A DNA stretch of 63,307 nt, counting the filler. It is 9 parts of 9 records of this genome, joined end to end, with 100 filler letters (N's around TTAATTAATTAA, not from the genome) between each part and the next. Parts side by side here need not be neighbours in the genome. Positions count along the whole stretch, not along the records: positions 42,729 to 48,699 come from SRR20825010_7122; positions 48,800 to 52,496 come from SRR20825010_7130; 7 more parts are not named here. The stretch is one strand, 5' to 3'. The position numbers were made by a program, and so were the translations under genes. Below are positions 42,729 to 52,248 of the stretch, in pieces (position 1 is the stretch's first letter; every line of letters begins with the position of its first letter). Under the pieces are notes generated by a model that was not told the origin of the DNA, made no database searches, and saw only the letters and a list, made by a program, of their open reading frames with translations.

Positions 42729-42910
42729 GCCGTGACCGGATCGGTCATGATCGTTGCAGGATTGGAATTGATCAGCGTCACAATGATGCCTTCTTCACGA
42801 AGAGACCTGGATGCTTGGGAGCCTGCGTAATCAAATTCGCATGCTTGACCAATAACGATGGGACCTGAACCAATGATGAGAACGTGCTTGATACTGCTAT
42901 CTTTAGGCAT
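42729..42910 (-). CDS. carB: Carbamoyl-phosphate synthase large subunit N-terminus (truncated)
   Basis: [30 protein letters not shown]...[10 protein letters not shown]. Confidence 0.95.
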
Positions 42911-43191
42911 TAGAGAGGGAGATTGAAGAGAAAGTTTTGCTTAAGTCCAAATTGGGGCAAAATTAAAAAAATAATCCGAAGGGGCATGGTAAAACTGGAA
43001 AGAAATCCAAAAAGCTTTCAAAAGACGGTGTAATAATAACCTGACTTTGTTTCGAAAAACGCAAAAAATTGAACACCAATAATTGGCAAACCAATAATTC
43101 ACCTTTATTATTGTCGAATCATCAAGAACGCATAAAATATTATTAGCCTTCCTATTTTCCCAAAAAATCAACTCAGTAAACCATCCTATTG

Positions 43192-44187
43192 ATGAACAAA
43201 AGAATAATCACACTTGGCGAAATCATGCTCCGCCTATCCACACCTAGGCATGAGCGCTTTGTAAATACACAATCTTACGAAGTCAATTATGGCGGTGCAG
43301 AGGCAAATGTGGCTGTTTCTCTTGCTTTTTGGGGACTTTCAGCGGCGCATGTCACCTCATTCCCTGACCATGAAATCGGAAAAGCAGCTGTAAACACATT
43401 GAGATTCTCGGGAGTGGACACTTCTTTTATTCGATATAATGAAGGAAGAATGGGCGTTTACTTTGTAGAAAATGGAGCTATGCAACGCTCTTCAAAAATC
43501 ATATACGACCGCTTTGATTCTGCTTTTGCTCAGGTCAATGTCAAAGATTTTGACTGGGAAAAGATATTCGAAGGTGCAGATTGGTTTCACTGGACAGGAA
43601 TTACACCTGCCATTTCCCAATCCGCTGCAGACCTATGCAAAGCTGCAGTGCAAGCTGCTTCAAGGCTAGGTGTGAAAATCAGTGCTGATATCAATTATCG
43701 AAGAAATTTATGGCAGTACGGCAAAGGTCCGATGGACATTATGCCTGAACTGATCAAACCATCTCATCTGATCATAGCTGGCCTTACAGACTTCGAAAAC
43801 TGTATGGGAATCACAGAAACGGACTATTTGCAAGCTTGTGAAAAGGCAAAATCCATGTGTCCATCTTTAAAATATGTTTCGACCACACATCGTGATTCTA
43901 TCAGCGCGTCTGAAAACGAGCTAAACGGAGTACTTTGGAATGTAGAATCTCTGCTAGAATCCAAAACTTACGAAATGACTCATATCGTAGATAGAATCGG
44001 AGGAGGAGATGCTTATATGGCTGGGCTGATTTATGGCTTACTTCACCTGGATGATCAAAATGCGCTAGACTTTGCCATTGCGGCATCAGTACTCAAGCAT
44101 TCGATCCCAGGAGATGCCAACTTCGTCTCCATTGACGAAGTGAATCAGCTGGTGGAAGGAAAAAATGTAGGTAAACTTTTACGATAA
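43192..44187 (+). CDS. kdgK: 2-keto-3-deoxygluconate kinase (PfkB)
   Basis: GEIMLRL, GGAEANVA, TGITPA, DINYR, DRIGGGDA. Confidence 0.9.
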   Translation: MNKRIITLGEIMLRLSTPRHERFVNTQSYEVNYGGAEANVAVSLAFWGLSAAHVTSFPDHEIGKAAVNTLRFSGVDTSFIRYNEGRMGVYFVENGAMQRSSKIIYDRFDSAFAQVNVKDFDWEKIFEGADWFHWTGITPAISQSAADLCKAAVQAASRLGVKISADINYRRNLWQYGKGPMDIMPELIKPSHLIIAGLTDFENCMGITETDYLQACEKAKSMCPSLKYVSTTHRDSISASENELNGVLWNVESLLESKTYEMTHIVDRIGGGDAYMAGLIYGLLHLDDQNALDFAIAASVLKHSIPGDANFVSIDEVNQLVEGKNVGKLLR

Positions 44188-44286
44188 AAACCATTATGAA
44201 ATCGAGAATGACTCAAAAGGCACATTCTGGAATGGTTTTAAATCCTACGAGATTCCATATGACCCTAAAAAAACAATAATAAACAT

Positions 44287-44949
44287 ATGAAATTTTCAAA
44301 CAATGAAATGCTACAGGCCATGAGTGACACGGGGATGATCCCTGTTTTCAACCATGTAGATATAGAAGTGGCAAAAGGCGTACTCGACGCCTCATACAAA
44401 GCGGGAATTAGAGTTTTTGAATTCACTAACCGAGCGACAAATTCTCTGGAGGTTTTCAAAGTACTATATGATTACGCTGGCAAATACTCGGATCTGGTGA
44501 TGGGCATTGGTACTATTTTCACCAAGGATGTTGCTTCAGACTTCATCGACGCTGGAGCGGATTTTATTGTTTCTCCAGCTTTGATCCCAGAGCTAGCCGT
44601 GTTCTGCAATTCAAAAGAAATCTTTTACGTTCCAGGATGTGCCACGATGTCTGAGATATTTCAAGCGAAAAAACTCGGAGCTACACTGGTGAAAGCTTTT
44701 CCAGGAAATGTGGTAGGATCAGCATTTGTAGCTGCTGCTAAGTCTGTATATCCTGAGCTTCACATCATGCCAACAGGCGGTGTAGAACCTACGGAAGAAA
44801 ACCTCAAAGAATGGTTTGATGCTGGTGTGTATTGCGTGGGAATGGGCTCTCAGCTATTCAAAAAAGACTGGATCAAGAATCAGCAATACGATCTCTTGGA
44901 AGACAAGATTGCGGAGACTTTAAAGATTATACAGGGTTGTAAATTGTAA
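44287..44949 (+). CDS. eda: KDPG/KHG aldolase
   Basis: EFTNR, GIGTI, GADFIVSP, KAFPG, MPTGGV. Confidence 0.92.
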   Translation: MKFSNNEMLQAMSDTGMIPVFNHVDIEVAKGVLDASYKAGIRVFEFTNRATNSLEVFKVLYDYAGKYSDLVMGIGTIFTKDVASDFIDAGADFIVSPALIPELAVFCNSKEIFYVPGCATMSEIFQAKKLGATLVKAFPGNVVGSAFVAAAKSVYPELHIMPTGGVEPTEENLKEWFDAGVYCVGMGSQLFKKDWIKNQQYDLLEDKIAETLKIIQGCKL

Positions 44950-45016
44950 GTATTGTAAGTGGTAAAAAGTAGTAAGTGGTAAGTGGTATTCTATAATTAC
45001 TTACCACTTACAATTT
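44941..45016. repeat. GTAAGT(G) short-unit repeats with an inverted copy between convergent genes
   Basis: ttgtaagt, gtaagtggtaagtgg on the left; ttacttaccacttacaattt on the right. Confidence 0.6.
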
Positions 45017-45523
45017 TTACTTTTTTGCAGAAGTGATCAACTCATAATATTGTTCCAACATAGCCACTCCATAATTTTTTGATTTCATCTCACTGATCTT
45101 ACGGAAGCCCATCTTTTCATACAAACTAACCGCAGCTTCTAATCCTGAAGTAGTATATAAATAAGCTGCATCATAGTTACGATCATAATAAAAATCCATC
45201 CATTCCTTCATCAGTCTGCTTCCGATTCCAAATCCACGAAATTCTTTCGCCAGGATGAAGTACCTCAACTGCGCACGGTTTGCCGGCCTATGCATAAGTA
45301 AGACAAAGCCCACCATTTTCCCGTCGCTCTCTACTACCCAAACTTTGTCTTTTTTCAAATTGTAAGCTCGATAGAATTCCAGCAAACTTTCCATCACATA
45401 AGCTTCAAATCCAATCCCAAAATCATGCTCTTCTGAATAAACTCTGCCATGCAATGCAGCCACCTGACCAAGATCACCTGGAGCAAGTGTGTTTCGAATT
45501 AAAAAATCAGGAGACTTTTGCAT
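45017..45523 (-). CDS. GNAT acetyltransferase
   Basis: QLRYF, FRGFGIGSRL acetyl-CoA motif, LYEKMGF. Confidence 0.88.
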   Translation of the reverse strand: MQKSPDFLIRNTLAPGDLGQVAALHGRVYSEEHDFGIGFEAYVMESLLEFYRAYNLKKDKVWVVESDGKMVGFVLLMHRPANRAQLRYFILAKEFRGFGIGSRLMKEWMDFYYDRNYDAAYLYTTSGLEAAVSLYEKMGFRKISEMKSKNYGVAMLEQYYELITSAKK

Positions 45524-45624
45524 CCATTTAAAATAGGAAATAATGGTGGAAACTTAATCTTAGGAGCACTAAAAAAAAGAATTAATCACAGAGTTCCTTC
45601 CTAATTAGAGTTGACTACAAATTC

Positions 45625-46719
45625 TCACAAAAACTTCTCTGGAATATCAAAAACCGCTATTCCAGGATCCTCATCGGTCGTGATTCCGTAGATTTTCCCC
45701 AATTCTTCATCTACAACCATATCTGCCACAGAAATATCTAAATTAAACCTACCTACCACTTCTCCAGTATGCGTGAGGACATAGATGATCTTTGCTATTT
45801 CATTGGTTTCTCTGATTTGTTTTTCTGTTACACCTCCATATAAAGCATAAATATATTTCTCTCCAATGGAAACGTCTCCGTAACCATATGGATATTCAGG
45901 ATTGAAAATAACTGCAGATTTACTACTTGAGTATCGAATTTTAAAGTCTGGCACTTCAAGTCTTGGACCCTCTACTATATCAAAAGTCTTTGAATCATAA
46001 TGAAATATTTCTATCCTATCCCGATAGCCGTTTGCCTTCACAAACAAGCCCAGCTTTTGATTTACTTTGAGCCTCCCTTTATTAATTTCACCCATATGGT
46101 AGTTTATATCAGGATCAGTATAATCGATAAGGTGATCAGCATTAGGTATTTTTTCCCAATTTCCATAGCCTGCAATTCTTTTTCCATTCAACATAGAGAA
46201 TTCAACCAAACGGTTCGAATCATTGGCCATAATCCCAATCACTGTGGAATCGGTTGCATGGAACATTCTATACATTTCAAACAATTCTTGGGGCTGTTTA
46301 TATTCTTTGATTCCAAGTCTTAAGGTATCACGCAGTGAAAAATCTGTAAATTTTTTACTCATACTACTGTAAACAGTAAATGTGCTGTCAGAAAACCCTG
46401 GTTCAACAAGAGTAGCATCAGGGATTTCAAATGGGCCAAAACCTGTCACACCTTTCGGGAATTTATAGGTTAATGGGTTTTTCTTTATTACATGAAGTAA
46501 TGGTAAATCCGGTGATAACCTGCTTCCTTCGGAAATGATTAAATAATCCCCTACCACATTCAAGTGTCGTGGCATTAAAAGTTCAGAAAAATAGGTCTTG
46601 TGTCCAATCAGATGGTAAACATTTTCATTTTCAAGAATAAATGGATTTTTATTATCCGAATTGGTACAGGCTAACGAGAAGAGGGATAAAACAAGAATAA
46701 CTATAGCTGATTTTTTCAT
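45625..46719 (-). CDS. Lipoprotein, probable BF3164-like beta-propeller
   Basis: Lipobox LSLFSLA-C; GFGPFE, YIYALYGG, VVDEELGKIYG blade-like motifs. Confidence 0.7.
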   Translation of the reverse strand: MKKSAIVILVLSLFSLACTNSDNKNPFILENENVYHLIGHKTYFSELLMPRHLNVVGDYLIISEGSRLSPDLPLLHVIKKNPLTYKFPKGVTGFGPFEIPDATLVEPGFSDSTFTVYSSMSKKFTDFSLRDTLRLGIKEYKQPQELFEMYRMFHATDSTVIGIMANDSNRLVEFSMLNGKRIAGYGNWEKIPNADHLIDYTDPDINYHMGEINKGRLKVNQKLGLFVKANGYRDRIEIFHYDSKTFDIVEGPRLEVPDFKIRYSSSKSAVIFNPEYPYGYGDVSIGEKYIYALYGGVTEKQIRETNEIAKIIYVLTHTGEVVGRFNLDISVADMVVDEELGKIYGITTDEDPGIAVFDIPEKFL

Positions 46720-46785
46720 TAAGTCGGTAATGTAATTTTTAAACTTCTAAAGGCTTTAAAATAATTACTAGTAGTGCTTTAAGTC

Positions 46786-46840
46786 ATAACCTTAGAAAAA
46801 ATGCCAATAGAATATCTATTGGCATTTTTTCTAAGGTTAT
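46786..46840. terminator. Perfect 26-bp stem-loop directly after the peptide gene
   Basis: ataaccttagaaaaaatgccaataga-ata-tctattggcattttttctaaggttat. Confidence 0.8.
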
Positions 46841-46846
46841 TGCAAA

Positions 46847-47071
46847 TCAATAAACTGTACAAGTAGGCTGACTACCCCAAATTTTTATATCATCTGGCCA
46901 CTCTCCGCCTCCTTTATCAACACAACCTAAGCCCCATAATGATTGGCAGCAAATCCAATCCAATTCCTCTTCCACTTCTGCCTGCGCACTAGAAGGGTTT
47001 CCCACAAAGAAAGTAAAGGACATGGCAAAGACCCCTAAACTGAGACCGAATGCTTTCATTTTGTTTTTCAT
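46847..47071 (-). CDS. Small secreted Cys/Trp-rich peptide (74 aa)
   Basis: Signal peptide ending SAQA; mature part has 4 Cys (CC..C..C). Confidence 0.75.
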   Translation of the reverse strand: MKNKMKAFGLSLGVFAMSFTFFVGNPSSAQAEVEEELDWICCQSLWGLGCVDKGGGEWPDDIKIWGSQPTCTVY

Positions 47072-47274
47072 AATAAAATTGTTTTGGTTAAAAGAATAGT
47101 TTAAACTAAAAAATAGCCAACCAACTAAGATTATTAATTACGGGAGTGGAGTTTTTTTTTTTGCAGAAGGTAAATAGTTGATATTAACCAATTAATCTAT
47201 CACCTAAATACCGGCACATTAAGAATAATTGCAGAAATATCTTCTTTTCAAGAACTAATTAACGGGTATTACAT

Positions 47275-47300
47275 AGGCTTCGACTTCGCTCAGCCTGACA
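47275..47300. repeat. REP-like imperfect palindrome
   Basis: AGGCTTCGACTTCGCTCAGCCTGACA resembles a Bacteroidota intergenic repeat (from memory); single copy here. Confidence 0.5.
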
Positions 47301-47364
47301 TTACAACCGCGAGCTTTGTGGTAAAACAAAAAAAATAGCCGTCCAAAATTGAACGGCTATTCGA

Positions 47365-47802
47365 TTAACCTTCGGTATAGTTGAAACTATCAACTTGCTC
47401 CTTGATCCAGTCGTAGTATTTTTCCTTGCGGAATTCGACCCAGTCCTTTTTGTATTTGGAATCTTCGATCAAAAACTTAAAGGCAGTATTTGCTTTTGGC
47501 TTGGTAAGCGAACTCACCAAATCATCTGCTAAATTTTTTTCTTTGACCCTACGGTCAATAAAATCCTGCATCATCTGATGCTCTTGAGCAGGCTCCATCT
47601 GGGTAAACTCGGCGTAATTGTCCGGGTTTTCTTCTATCTCCTCCAGTGCATCTTCTTCTGCCTCAGTCAGATCATAATTATAATAATCCTCATCATCCGG
47701 CATCTGATGAATTCTTTTCTTGTCGATCTGATAGAAACAGATCATTCCTTTGAGTAATTGGGTTGAGATAAGGTCTATCTCCTTTTCAGTAAGCGAAAGC
47801 AT
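47365..47802 (-). CDS. UPF0158-like acidic protein
   Basis: MMQDFI..., AFKFLIEDS...W pattern; terminator aatagccgt..acggctatt at 47333-47361. Confidence 0.65.
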   Translation of the reverse strand: MLSLTEKEIDLISTQLLKGMICFYQIDKKRIHQMPDDEDYYNYDLTEAEEDALEEIEENPDNYAEFTQMEPAQEHQMMQDFIDRRVKEKNLADDLVSSLTKPKANTAFKFLIEDSKYKKDWVEFRKEKYYDWIKEQVDSFNYTEG

Positions 47803-47895
47803 TGATGGTTTACAAAATTTTCAGAAAATAGTGAAAGTCGAATTCTGATCAAATTCTAGTTTAATAAAGCAATTGAAGCGCCAATATAGTTGGAT

Positions 47896-48543
47896 TTAAT
47901 CACTTGAATCAAGAATTATTGAAAGCATTTCACTATCAATTTCATGTCCACCCCGAAAAGTCAGCTTTTTCACATCTTTCCCAAGGTTTTTGATCAAATC
48001 CTGCTGTATCTCAATACTTTCTGGAGTTACAAATTCATCCTGATCCCCCAAAACCAAGGAAAGTTTTGTTTGAGAAAATTTCTCTCGAGCATCTTCTAAA
48101 GCCATATCCTGTGCAAATCCTCCCGCCCATAGCACCAATTGATCCACTTCGCCTGTCCATCTACTTGCCCAGCGTGTTGCTGTCGCCGCTCCCTGAGAGA
48201 ATCCCAGCAGGTTGATTTTTGGGATATTCTTATACTGCGAAAGTAAATCCTCCATCAACAGATCTAAGTAATTATGGTTGTTTTGGATGGCTGTTTCCCG
48301 TTCATGCTTCGTCATCCAGTTTGCTCCTACTCTTCCCGAAAACCCAGTGAGGTATCCGTAATTCGTTGCTTCAGGTACTACAAAAAGCCGATCGGAGGAA
48401 TCGAAGCCCTGAAACTTCCTTATAAAAAACTCGGCTAATTGCCCGTACCCATGCAACAGCAGCCAGATTGCCTTCTCTTCAAAAGTAGGCTCATGTGAGA
48501 CGGAATACTGCGCTCGATACTGAAAACTGATACTTTTCTTCAA
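47896..48543 (-). CDS. Alpha/beta hydrolase (phospholipase/carboxylesterase)
   Basis: LHGYGQ, GFSQG, GDQDE, GGH. Confidence 0.88.
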   Translation of the reverse strand: MKKSISFQYRAQYSVSHEPTFEEKAIWLLLHGYGQLAEFFIRKFQGFDSSDRLFVVPEATNYGYLTGFSGRVGANWMTKHERETAIQNNHNYLDLLMEDLLSQYKNIPKINLLGFSQGAATATRWASRWTGEVDQLVLWAGGFAQDMALEDAREKFSQTKLSLVLGDQDEFVTPESIEIQQDLIKNLGKDVKKLTFRGGHEIDSEMLSIILDSSD

Positions 48544-48547
48544 AATT

Positions 48548-48699
48548 CTAGGCGTTCAGATCGTCAAACTTAAAAGGCAAAAGGGTCTGAATTCCAGGAA
48601 AGCGAAGTACGCTTCCATCCGGATTTTGAATCAGAATAGAAATTGGTCGATTAAATCGCATTTCCATCTCATTGATCGTCTGCCGACAAAGCCCACAAG
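48548..48699 (-). CDS. cdd: Cytidine deaminase C-terminus (5' truncated)
   Basis: Hand translation CGLCRQTINEME...LLPFKF. Confidence 0.75.
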
Positions 48700-48799
48700 N
48701 NNNNNNNNNNNNNNNNNNNNNNNNNNNNNNNNNNNNNNNNNNNTTAATTAATTAANNNNNNNNNNNNNNNNNNNNNNNNNNNNNNNNNNNNNNNNNNNN

Positions 48800-49486
48800 G
48801 TGATGGGCCGGCACGCGGGGTTCCTGACCGCGGCCAGCGCGCTGGCGCGGCGGAGCGACCGGTACGAGGGCTCGACCGATGGGCCGCAGCTGGTGTACGT
48901 GCCCGAGGTGCCCTTCGACACCGAGCGGTTCGTGCAGGACGTGGCCGAGATCTACGACGCCAAGGGCCGGTGCCACATCGCGGTGAGCGAGGGGATCGGC
49001 GACAAGGACGGCAACTCGATCGGCGCGACGCTGATCCAGAACGCGCAGACCGATGCGCACGGCAACGTGCAGCTGTCGGGATCGGGCGCGCTGGGTGATG
49101 CGCTGTCGAACCTGCTCAAGGAGAAGCTCACGCCGACCGGCGGCACCAAGCTGCGGGTGCGGGCCGACACGTTCGGCTACATCCAGCGGTGCTGGCCGGA
49201 CGCCTCGCCGGTGGACATGGCCGAGGCCCGCGGGTCGGGCCGGTTCGCGGCTGCGCTGGCGATGTCGGGCGATGTGGACGGCAGTGTCGCCATCGAGCGG
49301 GTCAGCCCCATCGGCGGCGACCAGCCCTACGCGGCGCGGTTCAAGCGGATCGAGCTCTCGGCGGTCGCGGCCAAGACGCGGCACATGCCGGCCGAGTTCA
49401 TCAAGGGGCACAACGACGTGTCGCCGCTGTTCCTGGACTACTGCCGCCCGCTGGTCGGGCCGTTGCCGACGTTTGAGCGGTTCTAG
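48800..49486 (+). CDS. pfp: Phosphofructokinase family enzyme, probably PPi-dependent (5' truncated)
   Basis: MGRHAGFL, YVPE, AVSEG, DAHGNVQLSG, RADTFGYIQR. Confidence 0.85.
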   Translation: MMGRHAGFLTAASALARRSDRYEGSTDGPQLVYVPEVPFDTERFVQDVAEIYDAKGRCHIAVSEGIGDKDGNSIGATLIQNAQTDAHGNVQLSGSGALGDALSNLLKEKLTPTGGTKLRVRADTFGYIQRCWPDASPVDMAEARGSGRFAAALAMSGDVDGSVAIERVSPIGGDQPYAARFKRIELSAVAAKTRHMPAEFIKGHNDVSPLFLDYCRPLVGPLPTFERF

Positions 49487-49516
49487 ATCGTGACGAAGGG
49501 GTCGGGGCCGACGGCG

Positions 49517-50404
49517 TTAGTTGTCGTCGGCCGGCTTTTTGCGACGCCGGTCGGGGTCGGTGACGGTGTCAGAGACGCGGACGCGCCGCCGGGCCATCTT
49601 GCGGAGCGGCGCCGGCAGGTCGAGCGGGTCTCTGGGGTGCTCGTCGAGGTAGAAGCCCTGGGCGGCGTCGGGCAGCTCGGCGAGGCCGGCGCGGATCGCG
49701 AACCGGGCGAGGTCTACACGGTTGCCGGCGCGGAGCTTCTGGCCGAGCCGGTCGCGGTGACGCTCGATGGTGCGGACGCTGAGGTCGAGCCGCTCGGCGA
49801 TCTCGGCGTGGGTCATGCCGCCGCCGAGGAGGATGAGCACGTCGAGCTCCCGCGGCGAGAGGGTCGCGAGGATGCCCGGGTCGTGGGTCTCGAGTTCGAC
49901 GACGTCGAGTGTCTCGTCGGCCAGCAGCTCGGCGCGCTCCCAGGCGTGCATGCGGCGGGCGATGATCAGGGCGAACGTCTGTCCGCTGCCTCCCTGCACG
50001 GGTCGGACGGTGACGAACTGGCGGATGCCCTGGACGAGGCTCTCGTAGGCGACGCCGCGGCCGGTGTCGCAGACGCGGGTGAACAGCCGGAGCCGTTCGT
50101 CGATCGCGCTGGTCGATGCGGCGTCTTTGACGGTGTTGCGTGCGGTGTTGGCCGCGCCGGGGTCGCGTCCGCTTCTGACGGTCTGCTGCCATCGGAAGAA
50201 GCGGTTGGAGAGTTCGTTGGCGAAGTGGATCTTCCCGTCACGGTCGCAGACGGTGACTGCGGCGTCGGCATCGGCGCACAACGCTCTCCAGACGCTTTCG
50301 TCGGAGACGAATGCCGGGACCTCGTGATCTGATTGGGGATTCTGCAACTTCGGGTAGAGTCTATCGCTCGTGCCGTTGGTCAGAGTAGAGAGATTCATGA
50401 ACAT
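49517..50404 (-). CDS. PAS-domain LuxR-type regulator
   Basis: DRDGKIHFAN PAS motif; LSPRELDVL...EIAERLDLSVRTIERHR HTH. Confidence 0.85.
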   Translation of the reverse strand: MFMNLSTLTNGTSDRLYPKLQNPQSDHEVPAFVSDESVWRALCADADAAVTVCDRDGKIHFANELSNRFFRWQQTVRSGRDPGAANTARNTVKDAASTSAIDERLRLFTRVCDTGRGVAYESLVQGIRQFVTVRPVQGGSGQTFALIIARRMHAWERAELLADETLDVVELETHDPGILATLSPRELDVLILLGGGMTHAEIAERLDLSVRTIERHRDRLGQKLRAGNRVDLARFAIRAGLAELPDAAQGFYLDEHPRDPLDLPAPLRKMARRRVRVSDTVTDPDRRRKKPADDN

Positions 50405-50760
50405 CCTTGCGTGCGAGGAGGAACTCCCGGCAGCCGCGGAAGGGGCTGGCCGAGAGGCGAACGCGTGCGGAGTGGCCAGCAGACACCATGCCCGCTGGGG
50501 GTTTCTACGCGCGTGGAAACACGGATATCGTTTTGCCGCGGCCCAACAGAATCGTCGTGCCGGAACTCGCTTTCTTCGTCGAAAGCTGCGAAGTCATACG
50601 GCCCGGAATCGGTCCGCGTCCAGAACTGGTTCGCTGATTCGTGCGGTGCGGTTGCATGCGCCGGGAAAACGCGTATATACCCCCACGCATATGAGAAGCG
50701 GATGTCGTTAGAACGGTCCGACGCGACGTGCGGGGAGATGCGTGTTGTGCAGGAGCGAAA

Positions 50761-50793
50761 GGCGGCCGCGTTCTTGTGCAGAACGCGGCCGCC
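50761..50793. terminator. GC-rich hairpin after the DUF1579 pair
   Basis: ggcggccgcgttct-tgtgc-agaacgcggccgcc. Confidence 0.7.
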
Positions 50794-50817
50794 GTGTGTT
50801 GGGAACAGGGATGTTGC

Positions 50818-51333
50818 TCAGGCGCGCGCGTAGGTGAGGTGCATGGCCTTGCGCCACTCGCCCGGCGTGAACTCGAACGACATCTCCATCTCGTGCGAGT
50901 TGTCGTCGTGGAGGGTGATGATCGAGCGTTTCTGCATCGGCTTGCCGGTCTCGGGGTTGGTCATCGAGCCGAGCATGGTCCAGACTTTGCCCGAGTCGTC
51001 GACCTGGCCCTGCTCGGTCTGGAAGAAGGTGCAGGCGTTGTCGATCCAGAGGCCCTCGTAGCGGTTGTCGATGGTGTTGTAGCCCCAGTAGCCGCGGCCC
51101 TCGAAGTTGGGGAAGGGGCCGTCGGTGGCGTCGCCTTTGTAGGACTGGTGGAGGAAGCGCCCGCCGAGGTCGAGTGTGTTGGTCATGGTGCCGGTGGAGA
51201 CCATCGGGTCTCCCGGGCCCATCCACATGGTGACCTTGGCGTGGAAGGTGCCGACGAAGGGCTTGAAGCGCTCGTGGGCTTCGGTGATGGCGCCGGAGGC
51301 GGTGCAGTCGGGGGTCGTCGTGTCGCTCGACAT
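50818..51333 (-). CDS. DUF1579 family protein (no signal peptide)
   Basis: LGGRFL, FEGRGYWGYN, WIDN; real start MSSDTT just after the upstream stop. Confidence 0.8.
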   Translation of the reverse strand: MSSDTTTPDCTASGAITEAHERFKPFVGTFHAKVTMWMGPGDPMVSTGTMTNTLDLGGRFLHQSYKGDATDGPFPNFEGRGYWGYNTIDNRYEGLWIDNACTFFQTEQGQVDDSGKVWTMLGSMTNPETGKPMQKRSIITLHDDNSHEMEMSFEFTPGEWRKAMHLTYARA

Positions 51334-51335
51334 GC

Positions 51336-52037
51336 TTACTTCCTCGTGTAGGTGATGGTGCCGGACTTGTGCATTTCGCCGGTCATGGGGTTGGGCTCCC
51401 AGAACTCCATCGTGGTGTTGTCGGTCGAGACGTCCTTGATGATGTGCTTGACGGGGGCGGTCTCGGGTCCCTCGGCGCCGGGGTAGACGGCCTCGCCGGT
51501 CCATGTGAGGGTGTCGGTGTCCTCGTCGTAGGTGCCCTCCATGGTCATGAACCCGGTGCCGAAGTTGTCCATCCAGACGTTGACGAACTTGCCTTTGGTC
51601 TTGTCGAAGCCGATGGCACCCATGCCCTCGAACTCCATGCCCATGAAGTCGGGCATGGTGAAGTGCTGGGTGACGTAGCGGCCGCCGAGGACGGACTGGG
51701 CGACGGAGGTGCCGGTGCCGGTCATCGGCTCGGGTCCGCCCATGGAGAAGCTGGTGGTGCAGTCCCACTCACCGGTCATGTGCTTGAGCAGCTTGTGCTC
51801 CTCGACCGGGGCGGCCCATTCCTGCATGGCCGCCATCATCATCGCGGGGTCCATCTCCAACTCCGGCTGGGTGTAGGAGGCGTTGACGACCTGGCCGGTG
51901 AAGGGCGAGGTGGGCTCGACCGCCTGGGTGGGGGTCGCGTCGAGGGCGCGGGTGGCGACGACGCCGGCGACGAAGCAGCCGGTGCCGAGAAGGAAGTACC
52001 CGCCGAGAGCGGAACCGGTGCAGCAGCGCATAGACAT
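51336..52037 (-). CDS. DUF1579 family protein (N-terminal hydrophobic segment)
   Basis: EEHKLLKHMTGEW, LGGRYV, FEGMGAIGFD, WMDN; AGGAGA RBS before ATG 52037. Confidence 0.82.
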   Translation of the reverse strand: MSMRCCTGSALGGYFLLGTGCFVAGVVATRALDATPTQAVEPTSPFTGQVVNASYTQPELEMDPAMMMAAMQEWAAPVEEHKLLKHMTGEWDCTTSFSMGGPEPMTGTGTSVAQSVLGGRYVTQHFTMPDFMGMEFEGMGAIGFDKTKGKFVNVWMDNFGTGFMTMEGTYDEDTDTLTWTGEAVYPGAEGPETAPVKHIIKDVSTDNTTMEFWEPNPMTGEMHKSGTITYTRK

Positions 52038-52248
52038 AGGTGAATCTCCTGTGAGTGACGCAAATTGGACACAGATGCCAAAGACCGGAACCCCACGTCG
52101 GCACGCGCCAACCATCCGGTCAGGTCCCAGAAGTTTACCGAGATCGCGAGCCGAACTCGCGGGAATCTTGCGAACATATGCATTTTGTTCGGTACACCGC
52201 GGTGCGGTTGCGACAGCTTGAGGACCGGAATGCGCCGTAAGTCGAGTC

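Noticed and set aside
50818-51768. 316-aa ORF as listed in the track
   Set aside because: The upstream half overlaps the other DUF1579 gene out of frame; the true start is most likely 51333
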